A stretch of 64,000 nucleotides of DNA from Candidatus Culexmicrobium cathedralense (GTDB lineage Archaea > Thermoproteota > Methanomethylicia > Culexarchaeales > Culexmicrobiaceae): the NCBI GenBank assembly GCA_025061115.1, contig JANZKC010000002.1, positions 352,001 to 416,000 of the forward strand, given 5' to 3'. Both the position numbers and the translations under genes were made by a program. This document shows, piece after piece, positions 21,359 to 30,616 of the stretch; the first letter of the stretch is position 1; each line of letters begins with the position of its first letter. A model generated the notes under the pieces. The model searched no databases. It was not told where the DNA came from and worked only from the letters and a program-made list of their open reading frames with translations.

Positions 21359-22795
21359 TTAACGCCTAACCCTCAGCCTTGGATTTAGAATCTCATCCAA
21401 TGCATGCCCTAACAGTACGAAGGCAAGTGCAAGAAACGTTATCGCCAAACCTGGAGGAATGATCCACCACCACATAAATCTGAAGAAAGCCCCAGCATAC
21501 CTAGCGTTGTAGAGCATTCTACCCCACGACGGAACTGACGGATCTCCAAGATTTAAAAAGCTTAAAGTAGCTTCAAGAAGTATTGCTCCAGGAACCCTCA
21601 TGACCAAGTTTATGTATATAATTGGAGTCAGCTGGGGCATGATGTGCCTGAATATTATGTACATGTCAGGAGCACCAATAGCTTTAGCGGACTCAACATA
21701 CATGCTATCCCTAATGGACATGACATAGGCACGCGTATTCCTAGCGAAGCCCATCCAGCTGAACAAAGCTATGAGAGCTATTTCCAAGTACAAGCTTTTA
21801 CCAATAAAAACGCTAACAGCAATTATGAGGGGAAGTATAGGCGTGAAAAGTAACGTATCTGTGAAGTACATTAAAATTTGATCAACAATGCCGCCCTTAT
21901 ATCCAGCTATTATTCCAACGATGAGGCCAATTGAAACAGATATGACAGACGCCAAAACTCCAACAAGTAGGGATACGCGAGTTCCATAAACCAAGTTTGA
22001 GAACAAGTCCGACCCAAGATTATCGGTTCCAAGAAATCCATAGAGTTTACCGTAAATCCTAAATTCCTTAGCTCCAAACTTAACTTCAACCCAGCCATCT
22101 CCTTCAACTGCATATATTGACGCTGTAAGCCTTAGCTTGTAGGTACCCTGCTGATCGAATATCTTCTCGCCAATATAATCGTGCGGAGAAAAGCCAAGTT
22201 TAAGCTTAAGAGAAATGTCACGTGCATCATAAGTCGCAGGCGTCTCAAGACGAGTTAAATTATACGCTATTGGCATGCTGTCATAAACTTCATACACCCT
22301 ACCTTTAGGAGTGATTATGAAGCACTTTATTCTAACGTAGCTTCCAAGGGCATCATATATCGTGACTTTAAACGGGATTTTACCACTAAATCTCTTCGGC
22401 GGATCATAAGTATAGTTAAAACTGTACTCAAACACGACATTATTAATAGAGGAACCGTTGCTACAATGAGCAGTTAAGACCATGACTCCACCATCATCCT
22501 TTAATGAGACGCCTTCACTCAATTGCTTAACGTTCCAGTCGTCAAAATCCAAGTTAAGAATAGTGTTTCTAGGCAAATTTCTATACTCCGAGAAAAAGGA
22601 AAACCACTCCGGAAAAGCATAGCTATCAGCCAATCCAGTTTCGTTGGGATCAATGGGTGCAAATAATGGAGCGAAAACGGCGACTATGACATATAGCATC
22701 AATATGCTAAGACCAAGTAAACCAGTTTTATGTAATCTAAGCTCCATTATGAAAGCTTTAATCGCTCCTAATTTACTTGATTGAAGCGAGGTCAT
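21359..22795 (-). CDS. peptide/nickel ABC transporter permease (DppC/OppC-type) with large extracytoplasmic insert
   Basis: LGTDNLGSDL, YGTRVSL, EAA loop ESAKAIGA, LSFLNLG...SWG. Confidence 0.92.
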   Translation of the reverse strand: MTSLQSSKLGAIKAFIMELRLHKTGLLGLSILMLYVIVAVFAPLFAPIDPNETGLADSYAFPEWFSFFSEYRNLPRNTILNLDFDDWNVKQLSEGVSLKDDGGVMVLTAHCSNGSSINNVVFEYSFNYTYDPPKRFSGKIPFKVTIYDALGSYVRIKCFIITPKGRVYEVYDSMPIAYNLTRLETPATYDARDISLKLKLGFSPHDYIGEKIFDQQGTYKLRLTASIYAVEGDGWVEVKFGAKEFRIYGKLYGFLGTDNLGSDLFSNLVYGTRVSLLVGVLASVISVSIGLIVGIIAGYKGGIVDQILMYFTDTLLFTPILPLIIAVSVFIGKSLYLEIALIALFSWMGFARNTRAYVMSIRDSMYVESAKAIGAPDMYIIFRHIMPQLTPIIYINLVMRVPGAILLEATLSFLNLGDPSVPSWGRMLYNARYAGAFFRFMWWWIIPPGLAITFLALAFVLLGHALDEILNPRLRVRR

Positions 22796-22799
22796 GATC

Positions 22800-23798
22800 C
22801 TACCTCAATCTCACCCTTGGATCAAGTAAAGCAATTACTAAATCAGCTATGTAAAGAGAAACGACGGTGAGGACTACTTGTATAAAGAGAACGGCCTGAA
22901 CCACTGGATAGTCGAACTGAGTTGCTGCAGAGAACAACCACCTACCAACGCCATACCATGAAAATACGGTTTCAATTATAACAGCTCCGGAAATTATGCC
23001 TGGAAACTCCAAAGCTAAAATGTTTATCACTGGCGCAAGCACATTTCTTAAGACATGCTTAAGCATAACTTCCCTTTCATTCAAACCCTTGGCTCTAGCA
23101 GTTAATACGTAATCCTCCCCAAGCTGCGTCAAAAATAAATTCCTAATAAATAACGCGAAGCCACCAACACTGCTGATAAGAAGAGTGGTTAAAGGTAGAG
23201 CCATATGCCATAAAAGATCAGCCACATATTTTACTGGATCTCTAGGAGGCGGCCTACTTATCGTGCCAGCTATCGGAAACCACCTCAAATAAAATCCAAA
23301 TACCAATAACATCAATAAGCCCACATAAAAAAGTGGAAAAGCACTTACGAATATGCTTGAACCTATAACTGAAGCGTCAAACCTGGTACCTCTCTTTGAA
23401 ACTGCAATTATCCCAATTATCAAGCCAAGAATTATCGTTAATACCGTTGAGGTCCCCAGAAGTAGAACGGTGTTAGGAAGCCTTTCCAACAGTTCAGCGA
23501 AAACAGGCCTTCTAGTGTAAAAGGAGAATCCCATCTGACCAGTAAATAAGGCCAAAACATACTTCACAAACTGTGAAGCAAGAGATTCATCCAAGCCAAA
23601 CTGCCGTCTAATAAGCTCCTTCTGAGCCTCGGTCAAGTTAGGGTTAAGGAAGAAGAAGGAAGGATCTATACCCAACACATAGTAAGGTAAAACTCTAAGC
23701 AGGAGGAATTGGAGAGTTAATGATGAAATTATAACTGCAGCTCTATCAATAGCCCTTTTACTCATGTACTTCAGCAAACCTTCGCCAGCCGCACCCAT
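22800..23798 (-). CDS. peptide/nickel ABC transporter permease (DppB/OppB-type)
   Basis: FGLD, RLPNT, EDYVLTARAKGL, ETVFSWYG, DYPVVQ, DPRVR. Confidence 0.93.
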   Translation of the reverse strand: MGAAGEGLLKYMSKRAIDRAAVIISSLTLQFLLLRVLPYYVLGIDPSFFFLNPNLTEAQKELIRRQFGLDESLASQFVKYVLALFTGQMGFSFYTRRPVFAELLERLPNTVLLLGTSTVLTIILGLIIGIIAVSKRGTRFDASVIGSSIFVSAFPLFYVGLLMLLVFGFYLRWFPIAGTISRPPPRDPVKYVADLLWHMALPLTTLLISSVGGFALFIRNLFLTQLGEDYVLTARAKGLNEREVMLKHVLRNVLAPVINILALEFPGIISGAVIIETVFSWYGVGRWLFSAATQFDYPVVQAVLFIQVVLTVVSLYIADLVIALLDPRVRLR

Positions 23799-23869
23799 GT
23801 TGCCAACTCCAGTTAGCTAAGATTAATTCGAATAATAAATAGAAAAAAAGTTTCTTTTATCTTTTAATT

Positions 23870-25972
23870 CTAAGCCCTTCTCCTCAATAGGACTACTGCT
23901 ATTACAGCTACAATCACCACTGCGATGCCTGCACCTATATATGGCAGGTACCTCTGCCAGACTGGCAGCACTGTGACGGATACACCCACAGTTCTACTCA
24001 GCTCACCAAGGCTAATTTGCTGAACAGCCGAAACCCTGAGATCGAAATCTCCTTCAAGCCCGCCAGTATCTATTTCAGCAACATAAACTCCATCTCCAGC
24101 ATGCGTTGCAGTCACTGACTTGACAACTTCGCTGTCCCTTACAAGCTCGATCGTTACAGTAGCGTTAGTAACCGGATTTCCAAGATAATCAGTTAGCGTA
24201 AGCTCAACAGAAAGCTTATCTCCAGAATACAGCACTTCATCGTACTTACTTAGAGTCACTGTAAGCGATTTCTCTGGATGCCTCTTCCAATACTGAGTAT
24301 TCCACGTGAGCAGTATGTACTCGCCCAGATGCCTCTCCTTAAATATGAATGGTCCAGTTCCAACTAGACATGTTAAACCTGGAACAGTTGGGTGATCAAC
24401 TTTACTTGGATCCCAAGCTTCCCATCCGCCGTGTTCTTCCAGTAAGGTAGTATTACCCCATATGTGCATTGGAATTATTGGAACGTTGAAGTCATAGAAG
24501 TAAGCCCAGCTTGTACCATTAATGTACACGGCAATAGTATAATCATCGGTCACTTCAGTCTTAACCATGCTTTCAAAAGCCTTAGCGTACAATTGCGTCG
24601 GCTGCTTTTCCTTTATGAACCAGAAGGTAAAGTTGACGTCATGCGCCGTAAATGGCATGCCATCATGCCAAGTAACGTTCTTAGCGAGGTAGAAGGTTAT
24701 TTTTGTACCTTTGGAGCCATCAATATCAACTTCCTCTATAGTCCACTTCTCAGCTAGCCACGGATAGTCGGATGAAACCTCGTCTGGATTAGCTATAAAG
24801 AGGTTCTCATAAACCATGCCTAGAACTTGCCATTCATCTGCGGTTAGCGCAGTAAATGGATTAAGCACCCTTGGATCTGAGCCGAGAGCCTCTCTAAATC
24901 TACCTCCAAATGGCTTCTGAATTCTATGCATATCAAGCAATGTGAAGTAATGTTGACCGCCAACAGGCTGACTCAAAACTACTCCAGCAATATCAGTTCT
25001 AAAGCCCACGTTGGCACGACCCATGTAGATCGGAATGTAGGGCAATAGCTCTGAAACCTTCTCCTGAGCCTTCCATAGCCAGTACTGCGCTTCAGTTGTG
25101 TTTGCAGTATAGTAGAACTTCTCCAAGTATTCATCCACCTCTGGATCACTTATGCCCCAGAAGTTCCAAGAACCATCAGTTCTAAACAGCTCATAAGCTA
25201 ACGTTGGAATTCTGCCCCAAATTAAGTACAGAATGAATGACTTGAATGTTTTGGCATATATTTGAGATACAAGTGCCTGAAACTCAATAGCCTCAATTTC
25301 CAATGGGAGACCAATGCTCTTGGCATCATCAACTATATGCTTAACCTCATTGAAGAGCCATGGAGCCTGCTCAGCCGGCGGAACTTGAATATAGAATATT
25401 GGCAGCTCATTGCCGTTCGGATCATACCACTTATTCTCCGCTTCATCGTACGTGAAGCCAGCTTCAAGGAGCACCTGCTTAGCTAGCTCCTTGCTATATG
25501 GGTAGGTTTTAACATTTGGATTTGACCACGCTCCAAAGGCTGGCGGGATAGGCGACTCCGTCGGATACCCAAATCCCTGAAAGACTTCCCTGATAATCCA
25601 CTCTCTATCAATCAAGTGGGCAACAGCTTTACGAATAGCCGTATAATTCCAAGGATACTGCATAGTGTTTATTCCTAAAAGCTGCAAGTTGAACGTCTGA
25701 TATGATAATATGTAGATGTTAGGATCATCCTTAACCTCCTCAAGCCTTTCCGCCTCTATCCCAGCAGTATCGATCTCCCCAGCCTTAAAGGCCATGAGCT
25801 CGGCATCATAATCGGTTATAATCGTGTATAGGTATTCGTCAACTCTTGGGCCGTAAGGTTCCCATCGCCAATTCTCCTGTTCAGGAGGAACTTCACCAGC
25901 ATATATTGGCACGACGTGCACGAGCTGCATTAATAGAAGTAGCACCCCAATTCCCACAAGTATCTTCTTCAT
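23870..25972 (-). CDS. ABC transporter substrate-binding protein, family 5 (peptide), circularly permuted, with C-terminal Ig-like domain and TM anchor
   Basis: signal peptide, AGEID, IRKAVAHLIDR, TWHDG.PFTAHDV.FT, GTGPF; C-terminal hydrophobic helix followed by RRR. Confidence 0.9.
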   Translation of the reverse strand: MKKILVGIGVLLLLMQLVHVVPIYAGEVPPEQENWRWEPYGPRVDEYLYTIITDYDAELMAFKAGEIDTAGIEAERLEEVKDDPNIYILSYQTFNLQLLGINTMQYPWNYTAIRKAVAHLIDREWIIREVFQGFGYPTESPIPPAFGAWSNPNVKTYPYSKELAKQVLLEAGFTYDEAENKWYDPNGNELPIFYIQVPPAEQAPWLFNEVKHIVDDAKSIGLPLEIEAIEFQALVSQIYAKTFKSFILYLIWGRIPTLAYELFRTDGSWNFWGISDPEVDEYLEKFYYTANTTEAQYWLWKAQEKVSELLPYIPIYMGRANVGFRTDIAGVVLSQPVGGQHYFTLLDMHRIQKPFGGRFREALGSDPRVLNPFTALTADEWQVLGMVYENLFIANPDEVSSDYPWLAEKWTIEEVDIDGSKGTKITFYLAKNVTWHDGMPFTAHDVNFTFWFIKEKQPTQLYAKAFESMVKTEVTDDYTIAVYINGTSWAYFYDFNVPIIPMHIWGNTTLLEEHGGWEAWDPSKVDHPTVPGLTCLVGTGPFIFKERHLGEYILLTWNTQYWKRHPEKSLTVTLSKYDEVLYSGDKLSVELTLTDYLGNPVTNATVTIELVRDSEVVKSVTATHAGDGVYVAEIDTGGLEGDFDLRVSAVQQISLGELSRTVGVSVTVLPVWQRYLPYIGAGIAVVIVAVIAVVLLRRRA

Positions 25973-26028
25973 TTCAATTCACCTATTTGAAATTCAACGT
26001 TATGCTGTAACAATCTGGGAAGCCACAT

Positions 26029-26046
26029 ACTTATATATTTTTACAT
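26029..26046 (-). promoter_or_regulatory. putative BRE/TATA promoter of the substrate-binding protein gene
   Basis: minus strand AAAAATATATAAG about 60 nt upstream of the ATG; AGGTGA SD near the start. Confidence 0.5.
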
Positions 26047-26121
26047 TTCCTATAAATAAATTTCAATTTTTAAATTTTAAAATAAAACTTTTATTATAGA
26101 AATCATTTAAAGATTTTAATG

Positions 26122-27114
26122 TTATTTGTATAGGTGGCAAGCGACGAAATGACCTTTTGAAACTTCAATTAACTCGGGCTCAGTCCTCTTGCACACGCTT
26201 TTAGCATATACGCATCTAGGATGAAATCTGCAGCCCTCAGGTATATTTATTGGAGAAGTAACTTCCCCCTTAATTGGGATCTCCCCTATTTTCACTCGTG
26301 GGTCTGGCGTAGGAATTGCGGATATCAAAGCTTTAGTATATGGATGATACGGATTATCAATGACCTCCTCAGCCAGGCCGAGCTCGAATATTTTACCTAA
26401 GTACATTATGCCTATTCTGTCGCAAATATACTTTGCAACTGCTAGATCATGAGTTATGAAAAGATATGTTAATCTGTGCTCATCCCTGAGCTTAAGCATT
26501 AAGTTAAGTATTTCAGCTCTAATGGACATGTCCAGCATCGAGACAGGCTCGTCCGCAACTATGAACTCTGGATTAAGAATTAATGCCCTTGCAATGGCAA
26601 CTCTCTGACGCTGCCCGCCACTTAACTCGTGCGGTCTTCTATATAGGAATTCCTCAGGCGGCTTAAGCTCAACATCCTCAAGAGCCCTCATGACCAGTTC
26701 AACTCGCTCGCCTTTACTTCCAACCTTATGAATCCTTAAAGGCTCCTCGACTATATCGTAAACAGTCATTCTGGGGTTGAGAGATTCGTAAGGGTCTTGA
26801 AATATTATTTGAGCCTTCTTCCTGAACTCCTTAAGCTTCAAGCCATCATATTCAAGTACATTCTCGCCTTTGAAGAGCACTTTTCCAGATGTTGGCTCAA
26901 CCAACCTAAGAATAGCCCTCCCAGTAGTTGTTTTGCCGCAGCCAGACTCTCCAGCTAGACAAAAAATTTCCTTCTCATATATGGTGAAAGTAACACCATC
27001 AACGGCCCTTACATATAACTTTGGTCTTCTCCTAATAAGGTCAAGTATGCCGGTTCTCACGGGAAAGTACTTCTTCAAATTAACTGCTTCAACTACAGGC
27101 CTACTTGAAGTCAA
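26122..27114 (-). CDS. peptide ABC transporter ATP-binding protein (DppF/OppF)
   Basis: GESGCGKT, LSGGQRQR, ADEP, C-terminal GCRFHPRC...VACH. Confidence 0.94.
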   Translation of the reverse strand: MTSSRPVVEAVNLKKYFPVRTGILDLIRRRPKLYVRAVDGVTFTIYEKEIFCLAGESGCGKTTTGRAILRLVEPTSGKVLFKGENVLEYDGLKLKEFRKKAQIIFQDPYESLNPRMTVYDIVEEPLRIHKVGSKGERVELVMRALEDVELKPPEEFLYRRPHELSGGQRQRVAIARALILNPEFIVADEPVSMLDMSIRAEILNLMLKLRDEHRLTYLFITHDLAVAKYICDRIGIMYLGKIFELGLAEEVIDNPYHPYTKALISAIPTPDPRVKIGEIPIKGEVTSPINIPEGCRFHPRCVYAKSVCKRTEPELIEVSKGHFVACHLYK

Positions 27115-28081
27115 TTCCTCTCAACTCCTCAAATCTATGACACTTAACCAAATGATGGGGAGAAGCTTCAACCAGCTCAGGCTCCTTCTCAATACACAGA
27201 TCAATTTTAAATGGACATCTCGGATGAAATCTACAGCCACTTGGAGGATTAAGCAGGTTTGGCGGAGCGCCGGGTATTGACTTGAGCTTCCTCCTCTTCT
27301 CCCTAATACTTGGAACGGATGATAGAAGCGCCTTGGTATATGGGTGAAGTGAATTAGTATAAACATCAACTATGTCACCAAACTCGACTATCTGCCCAGC
27401 ATACATTATTGCAATTTTATCGCTCAATTCACTAACCATAGATATGTCATGAGAGATCAATATAACTGATAACTTCAACTTTCTTTGAATATCCTTTATT
27501 AGCTTGAGTATCTGAGCTTGAACAATAACATCCAAAGCAGTTGTAGGCTCATCTGCAATCAATATTTCAGGGTTTAAGGCTAAGGCCATAGCAATCATGG
27601 CTCTTTGACGCATGCCGCCGCTAAACTCAAAGGGATAACCGTTAGCTCTAGAGGGGTCAATACCCACCATTTCAAGGAGCTCTACAACCCTTCTCATAGC
27701 TTCCCTCTTACTTACCTTCTTGTGAATCATAATTGCCTCAGCAATTTGATCACCAACTTTTATCACCGGATTTAAAGCGTTCATTGCTCCTTGAAAGACG
27801 ATGGATATGCGCTTCCACCTCACATCTCTTCTAAATCTTTCAAGATCCATGCTTAGAATGTCCTCACCATCAAGAAGAATCTTCCCCTCACAAATTTTCC
27901 CATTAATTGGCAAAAGCCTCAAAATTGTGATGGCCAGGCTGCTCTTCCCACATCCAGATTCACCAACTATACCGAGCGTCTCCCCCTTATCCATCGAGAA
28001 TGAAACACCATCAACTGCGTGAACAAAGCCCTTTCCAAGCAGTTCATAATACATTTTCAGATTCTCAACTTCCAATAGCAC
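27101..28081 (-). CDS. peptide ABC transporter ATP-binding protein (DppD/OppD)
   Basis: GESGCGKS, FSGGMRQR, ADEPTTALDV, GCRFHPRC. Confidence 0.94.
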   Translation of the reverse strand: MLLEVENLKMYYELLGKGFVHAVDGVSFSMDKGETLGIVGESGCGKSSLAITILRLLPINGKICEGKILLDGEDILSMDLERFRRDVRWKRISIVFQGAMNALNPVIKVGDQIAEAIMIHKKVSKREAMRRVVELLEMVGIDPSRANGYPFEFSGGMRQRAMIAMALALNPEILIADEPTTALDVIVQAQILKLIKDIQRKLKLSVILISHDISMVSELSDKIAIMYAGQIVEFGDIVDVYTNSLHPYTKALLSSVPSIREKRRKLKSIPGAPPNLLNPPSGCRFHPRCPFKIDLCIEKEPELVEASPHHLVKCHRFEELRGIDFK

Positions 28082-28320
28082 GTCGCAGTTCCTCCGCTTA
28101 CTTGAACACTATCAATTGAAGCCAATTTAATCGTAACCACTGATGTATATATATTTTAATTTTTCAATTACGCTAATGAAATAAAGTACTATAATACAAG
28201 CAAAACAACAATTGAAATATTAAACATTAAAATCAAAAATAAAATAATTTTGAAAACCATTGTTAAAGTAGGAGGCTTCTAGACATATTTAGCATTGAAG
28301 ATACATGATTAAAACAGTAT

Positions 28321-28393
28321 TGGGGTCGGTTCGTCGCGAGGACGTCATTCTCCGCCCGAAGTCAGGCGTCTGGGACGGCTTCTTCATCCCCCA
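28321..28393 (-). ncRNA. box C/D small RNA (probable 2'-O-methylation guide)
   Basis: Minus strand UGGGG-G-[AUGAAGA]-AGCCGUCCCAGACGC-[CUGA]-CUUCGGGCGGAGA-[AUGACGU]-CCUCGCGACGAA-[CCGA]-CCCCA: C, D', C' and D boxes, a 5-bp terminal stem and an internal stem; GC-rich island beside AT-rich DNA. Confidence 0.75.
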
Positions 28394-28745
28394 CATCCAC
28401 TGGTCGAGGTAGGCTATTAAGTATTTCTCTAGCTTTCTTGAGCGTGCCAGTCACCTTAATCACATGTACGATTACCGGCAATCCGCCTATTTCATCTATG
28501 ATTGCCAGTGCAGCCCTCAACTTCACTACTGCTCGATGATTGCATCTAATTATACCTCTTTGAAAGTCATTATTGTAATCTATCAAGTTTATGTGAATTG
28601 ATGCAGCTCCAACTTCGCCGAATAGCCTTAACGTAGCATCGAAGATATGCTTAAGCAGCTTAAGCTTGTTTAACTCGATTTTTTGCGGTGAATGTATTTC
28701 GAAGATCAAGTACCTATTACGCCTATTTTTTACCAAGTGGTTCAC
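28362..28745 (-). CDS. rnp2: ribonuclease P protein component 2 (Rpp14/Pop5)
   Basis: RNRYLIFEI, LFGEVG, GIIRCNH, VTGTLKKA. Confidence 0.9.
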   Translation of the reverse strand: MNHLVKNRRNRYLIFEIHSPQKIELNKLKLLKHIFDATLRLFGEVGAASIHINLIDYNNDFQRGIIRCNHRAVVKLRAALAIIDEIGGLPVIVHVIKVTGTLKKAREILNSLPRPVDVGDEEAVPDA

Positions 28746-29475
28746 CTTTCTTTATCAATCTGACTCCGGGCATGATATAGCTCTCGCTCAGTTTTTCTCT
28801 GTTTCTTCGAATCAGCTCCAAAGGTATTCTTGATAAAGACTCCCTGGCTTCAAACTCCGTCAAGCCTAGAAGTGTTGCGAGTGCAGCCAACTCCCTCGGA
28901 GCCCTCATTTCATAAATGCTCGTCGCACCACTCGAGAATATTACTGGCACTTTGAATCGCTTGGCTATCTTCAAGTTCTCACTTAAAATTCTGATTGCCT
29001 GTATTCTCTCGCTCGAGCTTTTAGCTTTAATCAAGTCAATTAAATTGACCTCCAAAGCAGACTCTCCACTCAATGCTAAGGCGGCTTCAGACTTGTCGAA
29101 GAAGTTCTCCCTCCAACTTTTACTAGAAAAAATGAGTAAATCCACTCTTCGATCCCTAGCTGCAAGCCTGGCCACATTTACATTTACGCAGTAAACTGCG
29201 ATTACTTCAACCTTCCTTCTGAGCTTTCTAAGAGCTCTTTTAAGCAGTCTGGGGGAATGCTCGACGATATCAGCTCTAGCAATCAAGTCCACGCCATAGC
29301 TTTCAAATATACTTCTAACGTCCTGCAGAAGCCCGATATTCTTTAGGTTGAAGTCAGCTAAACCGATTGCTTTAAAACCTAGGTGAGCTGCCATCCTAGC
29401 TATTGAAGATGGAGAAGAATTTCCATTAGACAAGCTTGACTTCACGTGAAGATCTACGAACTGCCTTTTAGGCAA
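28723..29475 (-). CDS. rnp3: ribonuclease P protein component 3 (Rpp30)
   Basis: FVDLHV, RVDLL, SSGATS.YEMRAPREL, PGVR; superoperon context. Confidence 0.9.
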   Translation of the reverse strand: MPKRQFVDLHVKSSLSNGNSSPSSIARMAAHLGFKAIGLADFNLKNIGLLQDVRSIFESYGVDLIARADIVEHSPRLLKRALRKLRRKVEVIAVYCVNVNVARLAARDRRVDLLIFSSKSWRENFFDKSEAALALSGESALEVNLIDLIKAKSSSERIQAIRILSENLKIAKRFKVPVIFSSGATSIYEMRAPRELAALATLLGLTEFEARESLSRIPLELIRRNREKLSESYIMPGVRLIKKGEPLGKK

Positions 29476-29477
29476 TT

Positions 29478-29948
29478 TCAGCCCTCACTCATCACGAGGC
29501 CTAGATCCCTACAAACTCGAAGCAAATCCTTCTCACTCCTAATTGAGGTGAAGGACAAGGTTACTTTAATGACTCCATCATAGTCTGCCAAAACTAAGTT
29601 TCCTCGATAAGCCTCCTCCTTGCTAAACCTCATGTAGAAAGTCTTGGCTTTAAATGTCCTCAAAGCAAAGGTGGACTCCAAGAGCTTTTTATCCAAGCTG
29701 TCAAGCTTAGAGGCTATGTAGCTGATTATGTCACTAAGTAACATTTTATCCCTAACTTTAATTCTAAAAACAGTTACTGGATTACCGTAATACCCTCTCA
29801 AAACGTTTTTGGATATTTTAACGCAATTTCTAGCGTGACTTGGCAGAATGGAAAGCATTGCCCTTTTAACTTTATCGGGATCTTCAGTGGCATGAGAATA
29901 AGCTTCAATCTTAATTTCAGTTACTGGAAAAGCTTTTTCATCAGGCAT
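29478..29948 (-). CDS. exosome-superoperon RNA-binding protein (COG1325/DUF54)
   Basis: HATEDPDKV, GYYGNP, FYMRFSK. Confidence 0.85.
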   Translation of the reverse strand: MPDEKAFPVTEIKIEAYSHATEDPDKVKRAMLSILPSHARNCVKISKNVLRGYYGNPVTVFRIKVRDKMLLSDIISYIASKLDSLDKKLLESTFALRTFKAKTFYMRFSKEEAYRGNLVLADYDGVIKVTLSFTSIRSEKDLLRVCRDLGLVMSEG

Positions 29949-29957
29949 GAAACCATC

Positions 29958-30563
29958 CTACTGCTTTTTCTTCTTTCTCCCAGCTCTTTTATATGCAGCC
30001 CTCCTGCTCGGTCTAACTTTAACTGCCCTCTTGCCCTTAACAGTTAATCCTCTCGACTTTCTTCCAGCTGGAGTTAAACCTCTAAAGACTCTGCCTCTTT
30101 GAGCTGGATTTGTTATCCAACTTATTTCGGGATCGCTTTGAATTGCCGGATGGTGAGGATCAACTAATACGATCTCAAACCACTTATATCGGCCATCCTC
30201 CCCAACCCAATAACTTCCGAGAACCTCTAGGTTTGGAAACTTTCTAGCGGCTTTCTCCTCAGCAATCCACTGCAAGCTCTTTCTTGGAGTGTGACCGTAA
30301 ACTCCCATCCTCTTAGGTCGCCTGCCACTTCTGGGCCGTGGCTTACTTAAACTTCCCTTTTTAACTCTAACTCTAGCCACAACGAAGCCTTGCTTAGCTT
30401 TATAGCCTAGCTGCCTAGCCTTGTTAATTCTAAGAGGCTTTTCAACTCTAACTACTGTAGGCTGCCTCCTCCACTTTACCAATCTCCACTTCATAAGCTC
30501 AGCAAGCAACCCCTCTTTAGGGCGCTTCCATAGGTCTGCAAGGTACTTATACACTGGAATCAC
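29958..30563 (-). CDS. rpl15e: 50S ribosomal protein L15e
   Basis: [41 protein letters not shown]. Confidence 0.97.
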   Translation of the reverse strand: MIPVYKYLADLWKRPKEGLLAELMKWRLVKWRRQPTVVRVEKPLRINKARQLGYKAKQGFVVARVRVKKGSLSKPRPRSGRRPKRMGVYGHTPRKSLQWIAEEKAARKFPNLEVLGSYWVGEDGRYKWFEIVLVDPHHPAIQSDPEISWITNPAQRGRVFRGLTPAGRKSRGLTVKGKRAVKVRPSRRAAYKRAGRKKKKQ

Positions 30564-30616
30564 TCCTCTATCTTAAAGCTCAACTCCCTAGGCTGCATAT
30601 GCATTTCAAAAGCCAG

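Noticed and set aside
28321-28393. tRNA or integration-site remnant suggested by GGTTCG on the plus strand
   Set aside because: No T-arm, acceptor stem or anticodon arm; the minus-strand C/D architecture explains the sequence.
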